DNA of 64,000 bases from Phoronis australis (Eukaryota > Animalia > Phoronida). A model generated the notes under the pieces. That model was not told the origin of the DNA, searched no databases, and saw nothing but the letters and a program-made list of their open reading frames with translations. Positions 1-13,900 of this stretch are shown piece after piece. The stretch covers positions 62,001 to 126,000 of the forward strand of contig NMRA01000269.1 of the NCBI GenBank assembly GCA_002633005.1, given 5' to 3'. How positions within the stretch are numbered: the stretch's first letter is position 1; each line of letters begins with the position of its first letter. The position numbers were made by a program, and so were the translations under genes.

Positions 1-1461
1 AGTCAATCTAACGGAAACGCTTTAAGAAATCGATGTTTCGGTGCACTTCTTGACGGCATTTGATAAAATTCGGGTAAATCCGTCTGTATCATATGCCCCA
101 GGCCCAAAACAACACAGTCCGTGTGTGCCTGTGTTTTCAAGTTCAAAAATAACACCCATTTTGACAATTTTAGACTAATTTCATGGCAGTAAATTACTTT
201 CAATGTTTTATCACAATTGTACATGGAGAATGTTATTTCAAGGAGTGCAGTACTAAAATAAACCCCTTTGTTATGTCGCAGGATCTTCTTGCAGCAGGTT
301 GCATAGTGCAGAAAGTCGGCTCGTCGTGGATGTCGGATAGGGGGAGGTTTTCCCCCTCGGCGCACATGGGAATTTTTTTGCCTCTAAGAACAAGCATTTC
401 ACTTAATATCTGAAGAATTATCAAAGAAAAAAAAACACTGTAAAAATAGAAAATTTGAAAAGCACATGGACTCGAGACCTCTTTGTCAGAGCGCTTGTGC
501 TCTTCCATTGCGCAACCACGCTTCCTAAGGGACATATCGTCGGGATACCTATCGTCGTCAGGCTCCCATGGTTGTCTCCTGCACAGACCCGTGACGTCAG
601 CTTGTGAGACCCGGGAACCAGGCTAGCTCCCATGGTCGTCCGTCGTCTTCTTTCGCGCGCAGCGCAGCCACGCGGGACTTAGCGTTCCAATCTGGAGTGC
701 TCGTCTGCTCGTTGAGGTACTAAGCTCTCGGGAGAAACACGCATCGAAGAACTGAGACGAAAATCGGTGCATTTACCCACTGTTTTTTGAAACCACTTAA
801 AAACTTGTAGATTTTACTAATGCACTTTTTCGTTCATTTTCAGAGGATATTTTTAAAATTAAATTTTCTTCAGACGGAACAAAAAACGACCCAGGGATTG
901 TTTATACAGTGTATCTATTTGTTCCAGGCACTAACTGACACTTAGGCCAAACATGAGGAAAAACGCAGCAAACAAATGCAACACGCTGGGTGCTTAACAG
1001 TTTCGGCCCACGCATTGGTCATCAAAATATTGTCCACTTGTTTTTTATTGCAAAACACAGTACTGAACTCAACATTTATGTTGAAATTTTTGGTTCAGGC
1101 ATTTATTTGAAGAAAATTAAAATACTTGAATTGATAGAGAATGGCCACCAATAAAGTAAAACATTGACTTTATTTCACTATATTGCATTGTTACATACAG
1201 CACAGCATGACATAATTAAAAATAAAAGAAGAGGTTGAGCAATAAAACGCAAATGCAACTTGGGTATTTATTTATTTAGGATTACAGAAAGGTGAGAAAA
1301 ATCAAACAATATGATACTGGGTAATTTATTAGAGCAACTGTTCAATGATCAACTTCCGCTCACGGAGAGCATCCTTTACACCCCTTCTGGTATTGAGAGT
1401 CCCTCTTTGAATAAAAGAGGTTGTTTAAGATTCGATTTGCCACACGTATGGGATGGTGTTC

Positions 1462-2317
1462 TGACGTCAATGCCGCGCCGTCTGGTCAAAACGCCACCAA
1501 TTGGCCAGAATAACGATAACGTCACAAGCCAAGCTGAAGTCCGTGAGATGTGAACGCAACATCGCTTAGAATATTTTTAAGTTTTTATTCCAGTATTAGA
1601 CTCAAACGTTTTCTCAACTGGATGTCTCAAAGTTTTCATGCCGTTTGTTTTGTAAAATAGTTCCAAATCTGGAAACTCTTATTCACGTAAAGGCGAAGTT
1701 TGTTCAACTTTTTCTTAATGCCTAATTTCCCTTCGTTGCGGAACTAAATCAACAATTATTGGGAGCTGTCACACCCTAGAAGCTATGCCCCTGCGTGGCG
1801 GTGTGCGGGACTCATGAGCAGGAAAAGTGATGCTACGCCTTGCGGCGAAAAGTGTACTGAGTTGGTGGATGTTTTATTTCAAGCCATGTGAAACAAAAAA
1901 TAGATAACTTTGATAGAAAATGCTCTTGGGACGGACTTCGCAAACTTCAAACCCCAGGGAGCCAAGTCTTGAGTCATACTAGAAGGGTCGGCTCATTTAT
2001 GCCCCCGTCGGAGTTTTCCACTTACGGTTGCTTTTGAAAAGAACACATGATTCACAACGCTGACTCTCTCTCCCTCCGCCCCTCTCTTCTCGCTTTCTCT
2101 AAAGAAATTCCTTCTTCTTATGTGTTTGGTTAAAAGCCTTAGCTATGCTGTATGCTTACTCGAAATATCCCTCCTCAGTGTAGTAGGCTACCGGCAACTT
2201 TCACTTGCACTTGAAACTAGTTAGGTTTTGTTCCGTAAGGTAGCGCTACCAACATCAAGGAGCGCGACACCCGCTGAATATTTGTCACCTCCAAGTTCAC
2301 AGGCGTCTCCCGGTCAG
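1462..2317 (+). promoter_or_regulatory. Candidate promoter and non-coding first exon of the filamin-like gene
   Basis: The ATG at 4669 is one base after a splice acceptor, implying an upstream exon. Strong donor CAG|GTAGGT at 2317/2318 in a CpG-richer stretch; CRE TGACGTCA 1462-1469, CCAATTGG 1497-1504, AP-1 TGAGTCA 1970-1976, GC box CCGCCC 2076-2081. TSS not determinable. Confidence 0.45.
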
Positions 2318-4668
2318 GTAGGTTTCGATATATTTTACTTTAACGTTTTTTAAAGATACTGATACGTATATTAGGGTGAGGTATAAAAAATGATTGTTTC
2401 TAGTGTTATACACAATACAGCCTTCGCAGGAAAAGGAGAAACAAATCGTAATATGATCGTTTGATGTCGTTAACAGTGACAGTGTGACGCTCAGATGAAC
2501 GTGCCCTGTGTTGACTGATGTTCAAGTACTTTTCATTTCAACCAGCTGTCAAACCTGTTGCAAGTGAAGTGAACTAGATAATGCCTCAGTTATACGTTTC
2601 TATTCCGTTCAGCCTTGATATTTAGAGTTTTTGTTGTTGTCAATAAATAAGTAGTTTATGACGGTCATTAATTTGTGTTCGTGTTATGAATGTTATGTTT
2701 ACTTGGGAATTACGTTTTGGCTCAGTGATGAATGGGTGTGGTCTGCAACTGTGCTGGGTATTAAGTGGGTCAAAATGTGAGCAGTGGGAGTCTACTATGT
2801 GAGCAGTTGTTTTAAATAGACACATGCACTTTGAGACTATATTCAAGTTCAGAATCTTTAAATTAGGCCTACAGCTAAGTATCCAGACAGAATTAATAAG
2901 TAATCTTATTTTATGCATATGTTACCTGTCCACTAGATAGTCATTGATATTCTTATCAAATATCATCCTGTCTTGGTTGGAGGAATTCTAGAAAGTAAAT
3001 TTGAAGACAAGTCATTGAGCACTGAGCTTGATACAGGCAATGACCAACATTTCCCAGACATTTGATATGAAACTTTTATTATTATGGAACCTGGCCCTCG
3101 ATCATCCTAACCTTGGGACTGCTTCAGTCATATTAGGCACTGTCTGAAATAGCGATGTGTTTTTGATGTGTGATCATCAGAATTCGGTAAAATCTCACTA
3201 ATTAGCACACAATATGGTGGATAAGCGATTTTTTTAATAATAAGGTAAATTTGGACAAATTTATGCTTTATAATGTGTAAATTAAGTTTTGTATCATAGC
3301 TGCCATCAGCTAATGTTTTGAGAAATGTGAGCATTCATAACAACGATACAAGCCGTGGGAAAATAAAAATATATTTGCTGATTGTTTTTAATCGAAAAAG
3401 AAGATTTACGGTTACTTTAGTGATTTTTTGAGGGTCCATTTGTACTGCCTGGACCATAAACATCTCAGTGAGAGCAGCCTTGTTTAATAGTCCATATGCC
3501 CACTGCAAGTGGAGAGCTGCAAACTCGGCTGTCTGCCTCAAGTAAAAATTTCCTCGGGTTGTTACGCGCACCTGTAAACTAAGATCGTAGTAATCATCCT
3601 AAATGTAATTCACACCAGTTTCAATGAACCAGTGAGAGAGATATGATGTTGCCAAGCAATTCAATAATTAATTATTAGTGGATACTGGAGGTAATTGGCT
3701 AATCACTTAGCTCACCTAGCTCGTTTGTAAACTTAAGAGGATTTACACACATCAGGTAAAATTAATATACAAGTGCGACCAGGAAACAAATCCTCATGGT
3801 TCATTTTGCCACAGAAATGAGCTATGAGCTGAGCTCATTTGCTTTCGAGGCATGTATCTCTCTGTTTGCGCTGGTTCCTAGCTTTATGTCATAGCCATTG
3901 TGATTCAAGGTTAGTCATTAAGGCTCCACCCATTCTAAACACATCAAGTATCACAGGAGTTGATACTTGAGCAGCTTCAACACCCCTGCCAAGCTCCTGT
4001 TTAGCAATTGTCCAAGTCAAGAATAAAACACCAGGCATCTTTAACAATTGTTTCAATCAACTGTAATCACTGGCCTATTTCAGCAAGCTGATTTGTCATT
4101 TGGGTGCTCTATTATGTTTGGCTAAGCAGTAAGCATTGTTCATCAACCACAGCCCAGTGGTTGTTGGTCACAATCTTGTTGTTGTGTTGAAGTTGACTGT
4201 TGACTTGACCACGGAACATTGGACCTTAAGCTTTAGTGAGGTGTTTTAGTAACTTAACATTTCTGTTTAAATTCTAATTTTGCTTGTTTAAATAATGGTT
4301 ATGTGTGTTTAACATTCAGTGAAGTGTAGTAGCAGTAGCCTAATTTATTATAATGACATATGCATTGTACATGTATCCAACCTGAATTGGGCTTATTTGT
4401 CTCTTCAGATTCAGTGACAGTGCTAGTTTGTTCATTTTAAATCTTATCTTTAGAAACAGTATCTAGTTTGATTCACTTTTGGAGCTGTTGTAGTGGCCGT
4501 ATCATGTTATTGTTTGGACAAAAGGCACATCTTACAATTTTAATGTGTTTCTCATATTTGCCTTCCTTGACTGTCTCTAAGATATCTTGTAATTTCTGTC
4601 CGATTTTCATAATTTTTTCTGCATCTTGGAAATGGTTTCTGTATTTCATGAAAAACGATATTTACAGA

Positions 4669-4993
4669 ATGGTCGACGTTGGTGAAAAGGCGCGTTCCCG
4701 TGAGGGTCATGCGGCCATGAGCATGCGTGGCGGTGACAACCGCTGGATTGAAATACAGAACAACACGTTTAAGAACTGGGTCAATGAACAACTCCGGCCC
4801 GTTGGTGAATCTGTCACCGACCTTGAACAGGACTTTGACACTGGAGTCAAGCTCTGTCTTCTAATGGAGGCTGTGAGAGGTAAGAAGGTGGGACGGGTGA
4901 TCAGGAAACCCATGAACCAGCATCAGCATTTAGAGAACGTAACTCTGGCACTGAAGGCTATGCAGGAAGACAAGATTAAGCTGGTCAATATAG
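4669..4993 (+). CDS. Filamin-like coding exon 1 (start codon, most of CH1)
   Basis: tttacag|aATG acceptor; MVDVGEKARSREGH...RWIEIQNNTFKNWVNEQLRP...QHLENVTLALKAMQEDKIKLVNI; donor G|GTGAGT, phase 1. Confidence 0.92.
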
Positions 4994-7900
4994 GTGAGTT
5001 TTTGTTTTCGCCTAGTTGTTTTAAAAACATTCCAAAGTATAACGTGGTAATCAACTAAGAACTTTTCTCAAATCATTAATTGTTTGTATGGGAATTAAAC
5101 ATTTTCCTTTAACTGACTCCTTGTGTAGTTTCATCCTTTCCTGCCTGAATGAACTTTGAAATTACCTAATTGTGGATAGTTAGTCTATGTAATTATACAT
5201 TCGGGCTTGACTTCCAGTGGGCTTCCCCTGTTCATTGAAGTCACCTGTTGACGAAAAATCATGAACAAGATCGTCAAAAAGCAGATTCATCGCTGATTCA
5301 GCATCCATATGATTTCTGCTTGTTGACATGGTCATTAATAAGGTAAAACACCTGATGAAAAGATCGACATTTCAGTGGTGATTTATCACTCTCATGCAAT
5401 GTTATGGAATCAGACATATTGGTTAAATGTCTTCACACACTGGTGCTATCTATCAATAGTTGGGAAGTGCTATGAATTTATTTCATGCCAACTTTGAGAT
5501 TTTTGTGGATATGCCCACTTTTGTGGTGGTGGGACTGGATGAGGTTATTGACAATAGTTGAAACTGTATCTCTTTCACATCACCTGGTACTTTGTCAAAA
5601 GCATGCGTGCACCCAGGGAGGATTCAGGGGGGGGGCTTGAAAAAAAAAGCATTGGTTAAAATAAACTGATAAACCGTGGACTAAAACTGGTGTTCTCCAG
5701 CTGGTTGACTTCTGAAATTGAATTCCTCCTAAAAATATGTGAAGATCATTTTTTAAACTTGGAAATACGACAAGAATTGGCCAAAATAAATGCATTGGGG
5801 TTTGGTTCTTTGGATTCCACTGTTGAATCAGTTTAGCAACTGAACAGAGGTTTATGATTAGCCTAGAAGTCGTCTTGCTGGACAAAATAGCAGCGGAAGT
5901 GCTTAATGATGGACTTAGCTTTGAGTTAGAAACAGCTGTATTTTTTGTAAAATTATTATTTTACATACGGCATGTACAAATTGTTATGTCATACAGGTGA
6001 CTGGAAGTATTCACAATAAGTGTTTTGATGGTAGTTTTAGTTTCTTACGTACTATCTCAATGGTTGTAGAGAGTTTAACACTGATAGAAATGGTCATGCC
6101 TATTTGAATTCACAAAAAGACTTGCACAGTTATTGAATGTTTTTTGCCAAAAAGATCCTTTAAGCGAGTAGTATTGAACACTGTATGAGCTTCAGCCGAT
6201 TCTACCTTTCCCAGAATCCTCTCATCCACTTGACTGTCCCACGTTCCTGTATAAGCACATGACATTCGTTGGGAAAATGAAGAGAAGAAAAGTACGCATG
6301 AATAAATGATATATTATTGAACGCAGAAAGATTCTCCATGAGACAAGCCTCTCCGAACCTAAAAAGGCAGTGAGACATAATCGTGTGTATGTGCGTGTGT
6401 GTGTGTGTGTGTGTGCGTGCGTGTGTGTGTGCATGTGTTGTGTTAGTGTATAAAGCAAGGATTTAAGTTTAACTATATGTAATCAGTGGTAATGTCATTT
6501 AGAAGCCAGGGCGTGATGAAAATGTTCCATCTCCGGTGTAGTTAACAACTGTTCCTAAGGTTAATACATTGTTGGCTGTAATTTCATTTTTACATGCAGC
6601 CTTTTCTTGGAGTCCCTTGCATTGGGTATTGATTTCTCTTTTTTGAGTTCAACGTCACTTATCGAAATTTCCAGGCACCTTCAAGCTGTGACCTGAATTC
6701 ATAAAGGAATTAAATATGTCAACTTGCTTAATGTTTGCCACAGGTTAATTAAAAATACCTGTCAGCTTAAGCTGGCTATAGATGTACAGTAGGTGATGCT
6801 TTTGTATAAAAACAGCTGGAAGCTTTTGTTGGAAACAGCTGTGTGAAGCTTTCTGCCACAAAATTTGAGCCAATTGTACATGTCAGTCATACATGCCCAA
6901 CAGAGAGGCTATCTAATTTTGCAAATTGACCCCTAAGAGTGGTTGAATTCGATAGAGGTATGTCACCAATCATTTAAAGCTGCATTTTGCCCTTTGAAGC
7001 TGTCTGAAAATGCCAGAAATCTGTTAATTTTACGCAGACAGCTTTTTGTTAATTTTTGTGTACGTACTCTTGTAAGTGACGATTATGTTGACAGCTTGGA
7101 GGTATGGTTTGAAGACGAACACATCTTTGCATAAAAACGGTGATTAGGTCTTTATCAACAAGTCTCTACATTTTGCAAAATATCTACGAAACTGAAGACT
7201 TGGCAAAAGTATATATTTTTCGAGAGTAGAAATTCTGTAGAATTTGATTTTTGACTATACCAATCTGCCATTAATTACCTCATGTGAACGTACTCTTTCG
7301 GAGAACGTAGTGTGAAAGAAACATTGCTGTATTCATACTGACAAGAAACAAGATCAGTAACATAACCAAATTTCATGATACAAATATTGTAGATAAAGTC
7401 TCGAAAATGCTGTTGCAGTTTTCTATATTACTGTTTCTTTTTCTATTCATGCAACTTCATACTTCTGTCATGGAAATCACATACAAGTCCTATTGTCGAC
7501 CCCTCATGCAAAAATGGTACATTTCATAAAGCATAGAAAGTTTTATGTGATTCCGATCAGGTGATATATTCCTGACTATTCTGAGGGTGGCGAAAACTGG
7601 ACATTTTTCTAGGGTCCTACTAGTACATAACCTTAAGGGTGTACTGGTAGTATTGTATTTTTAAGGGTTCTTTAAGGGTTTGTACAGTAACATTAGAATG
7701 TGTACAGCTCTCCTCGGGAAGTCTAGTAAGGGTGATGCTATTCGTTTGTACTTGTCAGTTGTCACTGTATGGTTTCTCTTGTCAGGGCAAGAGAACGGTT
7801 TGTTACTGTCTCTGTCAGGGCAAGAGAACGGTTTGTTACTGTCTCTGTCAGGGCAAGAGAACGGTTTGTTACTGTGACCAGAGAAGGTGTTGCTTGTACC

Positions 7901-10900
7901 TTTAGTTTATGAACGCTTCAAGTCCGTACTCAATGCAAACCATTGTCACCACCTTGTACAACAGGTTTTGAATCCTGTTCAGATACAATTGTTTAAGTTT
8001 CTGGCATTCTGGGAACCTGTTTACAGTGGCTGTAGTACAATCTACCTTTGACCTGCGGATGGGATCAGTTTTGGCCTCAGTTTACTGATTACTGACATAC
8101 CTGTCACTCAGGTGTGCAGAAAGTTGCAAGCTCTAGACCCGCAACTTCTATGAGGAAGTACTGTCTGTGCAGAAGCATTGTGTATTTAATCAAGTTGCTC
8201 TCAAAAGGCGATCTCTATTTACTGTAGACTACCTTTTCACAGCTTTAAAGTAGGCCTGGTTTGTCATTGTTGTCCAATAGCCTCATTGTTGCACCATATA
8301 GTGGAGTTTCTCATGCTATTTGTTAGTGCCTTAGTTTTTCCAGCTTTAGTGGACTGCATTAGAATTAATACACCTTTCATTGGTAGCGAAATTTTCCGGC
8401 TGTGTTGTGGGCTGCAACTCTGACAGCAGACAGTTGGCTAAACTTGAGATTAGCATTGGTGTATGTGATATGTCCGACAATTGATTCTTATCCAATCAGC
8501 TTGACATTTCTAAAGCGAGACTAACGCATTTTCCAAGCTCCAGGATGAAGGAGATTTGTGTCTGGGGGACTACTTTTGTAAAGGCATTCGGTAAATGGTT
8601 AGCGGGAAAATGTGTTCCTACATCTCTTTTTCTTCCCTACACTTTGCACCTGACATTTTGCTCAGGTTTGTCAGTAGCGTAACTTTAAGGGGGGGCTCTG
8701 CATTCACAATAAAGCACCCATTGTCTGCTATTGGGGGACCATTTTGTGTCTGCAGCATACGTTAAAAATATAAACAGTACTTATTTGTAGTGTTCATGCT
8801 CGCACCCAGGGGGGCTCGGGGGGCTCACATTAGACCCCCCATTTGGTGAAGTGGGCAAAAAGGTCCGCCTTTGAGAAACAAAAAGTCCGAGAAAATGAGA
8901 CAAAAGTCCACTAAACAAGCACAAAATGTGCAATTCACAGTGTTGACGACGTTTTTTTTAGTCCGCCCGCTTTTTTGTTACCAAAAGGTCTACAACGTCA
9001 GGAATTCGAGCCCCCTATATTGAAGGCTCAGGCGCGCCCATGGTGTTGTCAATGTGCATAAACTGGTAGGCTGTTATAAACACATTTATGCATTGAAAAT
9101 AACATATTTTTAAAAACATCATGAAAATGGCAAGTAAATTTCTAGTTTTAGACAGCCTAGGTATTTGTCCTTCTAAATGAATTGGACACATTACCAACAT
9201 TAGGCCTAAAGTAGCACACACAGCCTGTGTAGCCATATATTGGAATGATAATCAGATAACACAGCTATCACCAGAGAATAAATGTTTAACAAAATATCTT
9301 TTAACATTCTGATGTGGGTGACATTTAAGTTTTTGTAACAGTGTTGGTAGCCAGGCATTCATCAAATACCAGGCAGAAACGAATACACTGTAATACAAGA
9401 TATATCTTATATCTGTTCAGAACATTGACAGTTATGTTTCACCAGAAAATATATGCCCCAAGAGCTTCCACTAAAAAGTTTCAGAAGAAATAAGATTGTC
9501 ACCTTCGGATACCTTTTGTGAGATATGTTACATTCAGGTCCACATGAATTTTAAGACACCCATGCTGTCTGCAGCAGATGCCCCCGGTATAATGGGAGGA
9601 AGTGTTTGTGTGTTCACATCAAGAGTACCTATTATGCCAAAACACTTAATTACATGTATATTATGTAAAATGCATCACACTTGAGGTATTTGCGTATTCT
9701 AAATTGCTTAATCCTTTTTATTTTGATATTTCCTATTAATCGCTTGCCGTACTTCCATTGTTGTACAGTTACGATTATCCTGATCTAAATCTCATCACTT
9801 TTATGGTAAAATCAAGTCACATGCATTACAGTTTAGGAACCTTTTCAAATAATATGCAAAAGAGGTACGCACAAGTTGAAAATGAAAAAAATAGCAATTT
9901 ATGTCTGAAATTAGTGAAATTTTACTGTTTATTATGTTTTCAAATTTCTCAGCTGCCAGGCCAGACTGTCTCTGGGGCTAAGGCCTTTTTGCCAGTGACC
10001 TGAATATCATCACAGCCTGAAAATCTTTAGACATATGATCCAAATCAATATGCAATACAAAGAGTACTATTGTGTGTTTAGTCTTTGCTGGTATTTCATG
10101 GTGACCCTAATCCCTGCATTGTTATAGGGAAAATCAATCTTTTGAATGAAGTCCAGCAGAGGTAGCCTTATCAGGGTGCAGAAACAGTCGCACATCCTAG
10201 ATTCAACTCTCTGTTGTGGAAGTTGAAAAACACATCGTTTTATTGACCTTAGTTTTCAGAAAGTAGAGCCTCTAACAGTATTCAAACGCCTCCATGAGTG
10301 GACAGGTTTTTAATATTTTTATGTCAGTATTGCAATGCAGTATTGACAGCAAAGCAATTTTGGCATCAGAATGAAAACTGACTTACTAATCTTGGGCCCT
10401 TCCAAGAAACTGACTTAGGTTCATTTTTGACTAATAAGTCTAAGATTTGTCTTAACTTCCAAACTTTGAAACTTCCACATTTGGTAAATTCATCAAAATT
10501 AAGCCAAAACTTACGTCAAACACTTAAATCAAGCTTAACATCTCTTTCTTGAAATGATTTTGAGACAAATTGGACTTTTACTTTAAAATTTAGTAAAATT
10601 TAGGAATTGTCTAAGCTAAGTGAGTTTTGTTGGAACGGGCCCCTTAATATCAGAAGTCTTTGTTTTTGGCAGTCAATTTTTGGGTGGAATTCTTGTCAAA
10701 AATACCAGGGGCACAGTTTTGCACCTTGGCAAAAGATTGAAAAAGAATTGGGAAAATGTTCATGTGTTTGGATCTTACAGCAATCTACATTTTTTAGAAA
10801 AGAGTCACGTGACTGCAATTCTCTGGATATTTTTCCTGCAATCAATATAACATTTGTTTGTTCATCAAAGAAATTCAAAAACATGTTTTAGTTGAAAACA

Positions 10901-13900
10901 AGCATTTAAAAATGAATAAATGTTGTCCTTGGTAACAAAGGTAAGCAGTTAGATGAAAAAAAATTGTTTCCACAATATTTTGTGTCTGGCGTATGCATCG
11001 TTTCTCCTCCCTGCCGCAGTTTTTCACTCAACTTAGTGAACAGGATATAACTGGTTTGTTAACTACAATACTAGGAGTTGTCAGCTGGTATCAAATTCAG
11101 GTCCTGTCTTATTATTTGACATTGTTTCATTCAAATATTCACCTTTCTACCACTATAAACGCTTAAGACTTCAGTTATTATTTTAATATGTTCACAATTT
11201 TTGTTTTTTAATAAAAATATATATGTGTAACGCAAACATTTTTAAGTCTGGTCAGCACACCACCTCAGTGTGGCCACATCACGTGACCTAATGAATGTAA
11301 AATTTACAACTGAAAAGATCCCTGCCCCAACTGGTCAAGCGAGTTAGCCACAGATGGCGTACTGACCTAACTGAAAACTTGTTTGCGACATACATTTCCA
11401 CGCGGATTTAAGAATTACATATTTATATATATGCACAACATTCCCGCAGTGTCATCTTGCATTAACTTTGATTACCTGAGCATAACAAGTGGCAACTCGA
11501 GTGTCCTTTTAAGTCCCTTAATATAAGCTGGTCTGATAGGTTAAGCTACAATACATTGACTACCGTAATACCTGTTCACATCAACGTTCTTGAGTTAAGT
11601 AGCTCTGAAAGAACCTTAATATTCATTTGTGTCTGTTTTTGAATTGTCATACCAGCCAGTTGCATAGAGGTCTTGGTAACTGTCTTTTTGGATTGTAGTT
11701 TTAAACTACGTTTCATTTTTTATGTGAAAAAAGCAACACCTTCTTGGCCGTAGGGTAAAGGAAGAAAATTGCTTTGTGTCAGTGCCGTTACGTTTCGCGT
11801 ATTTTCTCTGTGTGCTCTTTCAGTAAAATTGATTTCCAGTGAGTAGGTCTATTTTCTTCATCACTTAGTACAGGAGTTATCAATTACCAGTTTAAGTTGG
11901 CTCACCTGACTAGACCTATCATGTGACATTTGTTGATGTCCATAGAACTCCCACTCCCATAAGGAGTCATGTGACGCTTGTTGATGTCCAATCAAACACG
12001 CATTATGATAAATAGTTTTTAAGAGTGTTGAGCAGTTCAATTTTGGTGGTACTGCATCATCCAGGAATTAATGACGCAGTTGAAACTAAATAATTTATTT
12101 CATTTTTTGTGTTTGTGATAACATTTCAAATTAACATAATTAAAATCATTGGTCGTTTTGTGTTAATTGTTAGTAAAATGTCCTGCTAATAGTATTACTA
12201 ATTACCTATTGCATAATTTATGAATCAACCACAAAACTGTCTGTTAACCTTTGTGCCAATTTAATGCGGTCTCAAAAACTTGTAAAGAATACTTGTAGTC
12301 CTAAATGTGGCGTTTCGAACAAAACTTTTTGGATTTTGTTTAATCTCCTTCTTTTTATTGTACCCTCTGTGTCAGGTAATCTTGTGTTTTGTTTTATAAT
12401 TTTTNCTATTATGCCAAAACACTTAATTACATGTATATTATGTCAAATGGGTCACACTTGAGGTATTTGTGTATTCTAAATTGCTTAATCCTTTTTATTT
12501 GGATGTTTCCTATTAATCGTGTGCCATACTTCCTTTGTTGTACAGTTACGATTATCCTGATCTAAATCTCATCACTTTTATGGTAAAATCAAGTCACTTG
12601 CGTTACAGTTGAGGAACCTTTTCAAATGATATGCAAAAGAGGTATGCACAAGTTGAAAATGAAAAATTGGCGATTTTTGTCCAAAAGTAGTGAGATTTTA
12701 CTGTTTATTATGTTTTCAAATTTCTCAACTGCCAGTCCAGACTGTCTCTGGGGCTAAGGCCTTTTTGCCAGTGACCTGAATATCATCACAGCCTGAAAAT
12801 CTTTGGACATATGATCTAAATCAATATGCAATACAAAGAGTACTATTGTGTGTTTAGTCTTTGCTGGTATTTCATGGTGACCCTAATCCCTGCATTGTTA
12901 TAGGGAAAATCAATCTTTTGAATGAAGTCCAGCAGAGGTAGCCTTATCAGGGTGCAGAAACAGTCCCACATCCTAGATTCAACTCTCTGTTTTGGAAGTT
13001 GAAAAACACATCGTTTTATTGACCTTAGTTTTTGGAAAGTAGAGCCTCTAACAGTAGTCAAATACCTCCATTAGTGGACAGGCTTTTAATATTTTTATGT
13101 CAGTATTGCAATGTAGTATTGACAGCAAAGCAATTTTGGCATCAGAATGAAAACTGACTTACTAATCTTAATACCAAGTAATGTGAGGGGGTGTGAAGCA
13201 TTGTGGGTATATACCACGGTCTGTGGTGTTTCAGTACCTGGGATTTAGATGACTATCAAGACTAATGAGATTAAAATTGATAAAACAGGAATATATATAC
13301 AGATATGTGAAAATGAGCCTCAATAGTTACTGGTCAGTATTCAAGTTCAGATTATTGAATTCTCACGCCATCTGACCATTGGCTTTTAAGCTCAACAACT
13401 TTCTGTCTATGGTGTATGCTGATTTTCTGCTATTCCTTTCAAAAATAATTCTCAAACCTGTCATTTTTCTGTCTTTCAAAGTCTGACTTTCTTGCTGAAA
13501 AATATTGGAGATTTATCAAATATTGTTTGACAATGACATCTATGGTGTAGCCAAGTTCATAATAGACTTGACAATTTTTAATTGTTGGTTTTGTAGTAAA
13601 AGTGGCAAAAATATTGATTTGTCCGCCAGACTGTTCTAAATAGGTGCAGAATGACCGTAGGCTAAAACACTCTGTGAAAAATTTGGAAGTCTTTGTTTTT
13701 GGCAGTCAATTTTTGGTGGAATTCTTGTCAAAAATATCGGGCACAGTTTTGCACCTGGCCAAAAGATTGAAAAAGAATTCGGAAAATGTTCATGTGTTTG
13801 GACCTTACAGCAATCTGCATTTTTTTAGAAAAGAGTCACGTGACTCTTTTCTAAAAAAATATATATAACATTCGTCTGTTCATCAAAAAAAATCAAAAAC

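Noticed and set aside
4468-4668. N-terminal extension of ORF 4468-5058
   Set aside because: AT-rich intron sequence starting at TTG and ending in an acceptor at 4667; filamin-like sequence starts at ATG 4669.
7780-7875. 33-bp direct repeats of CRISPR-like length
   Set aside because: Units are head-to-tail with no spacers and no cas genes, inside a eukaryotic intron: a minisatellite.
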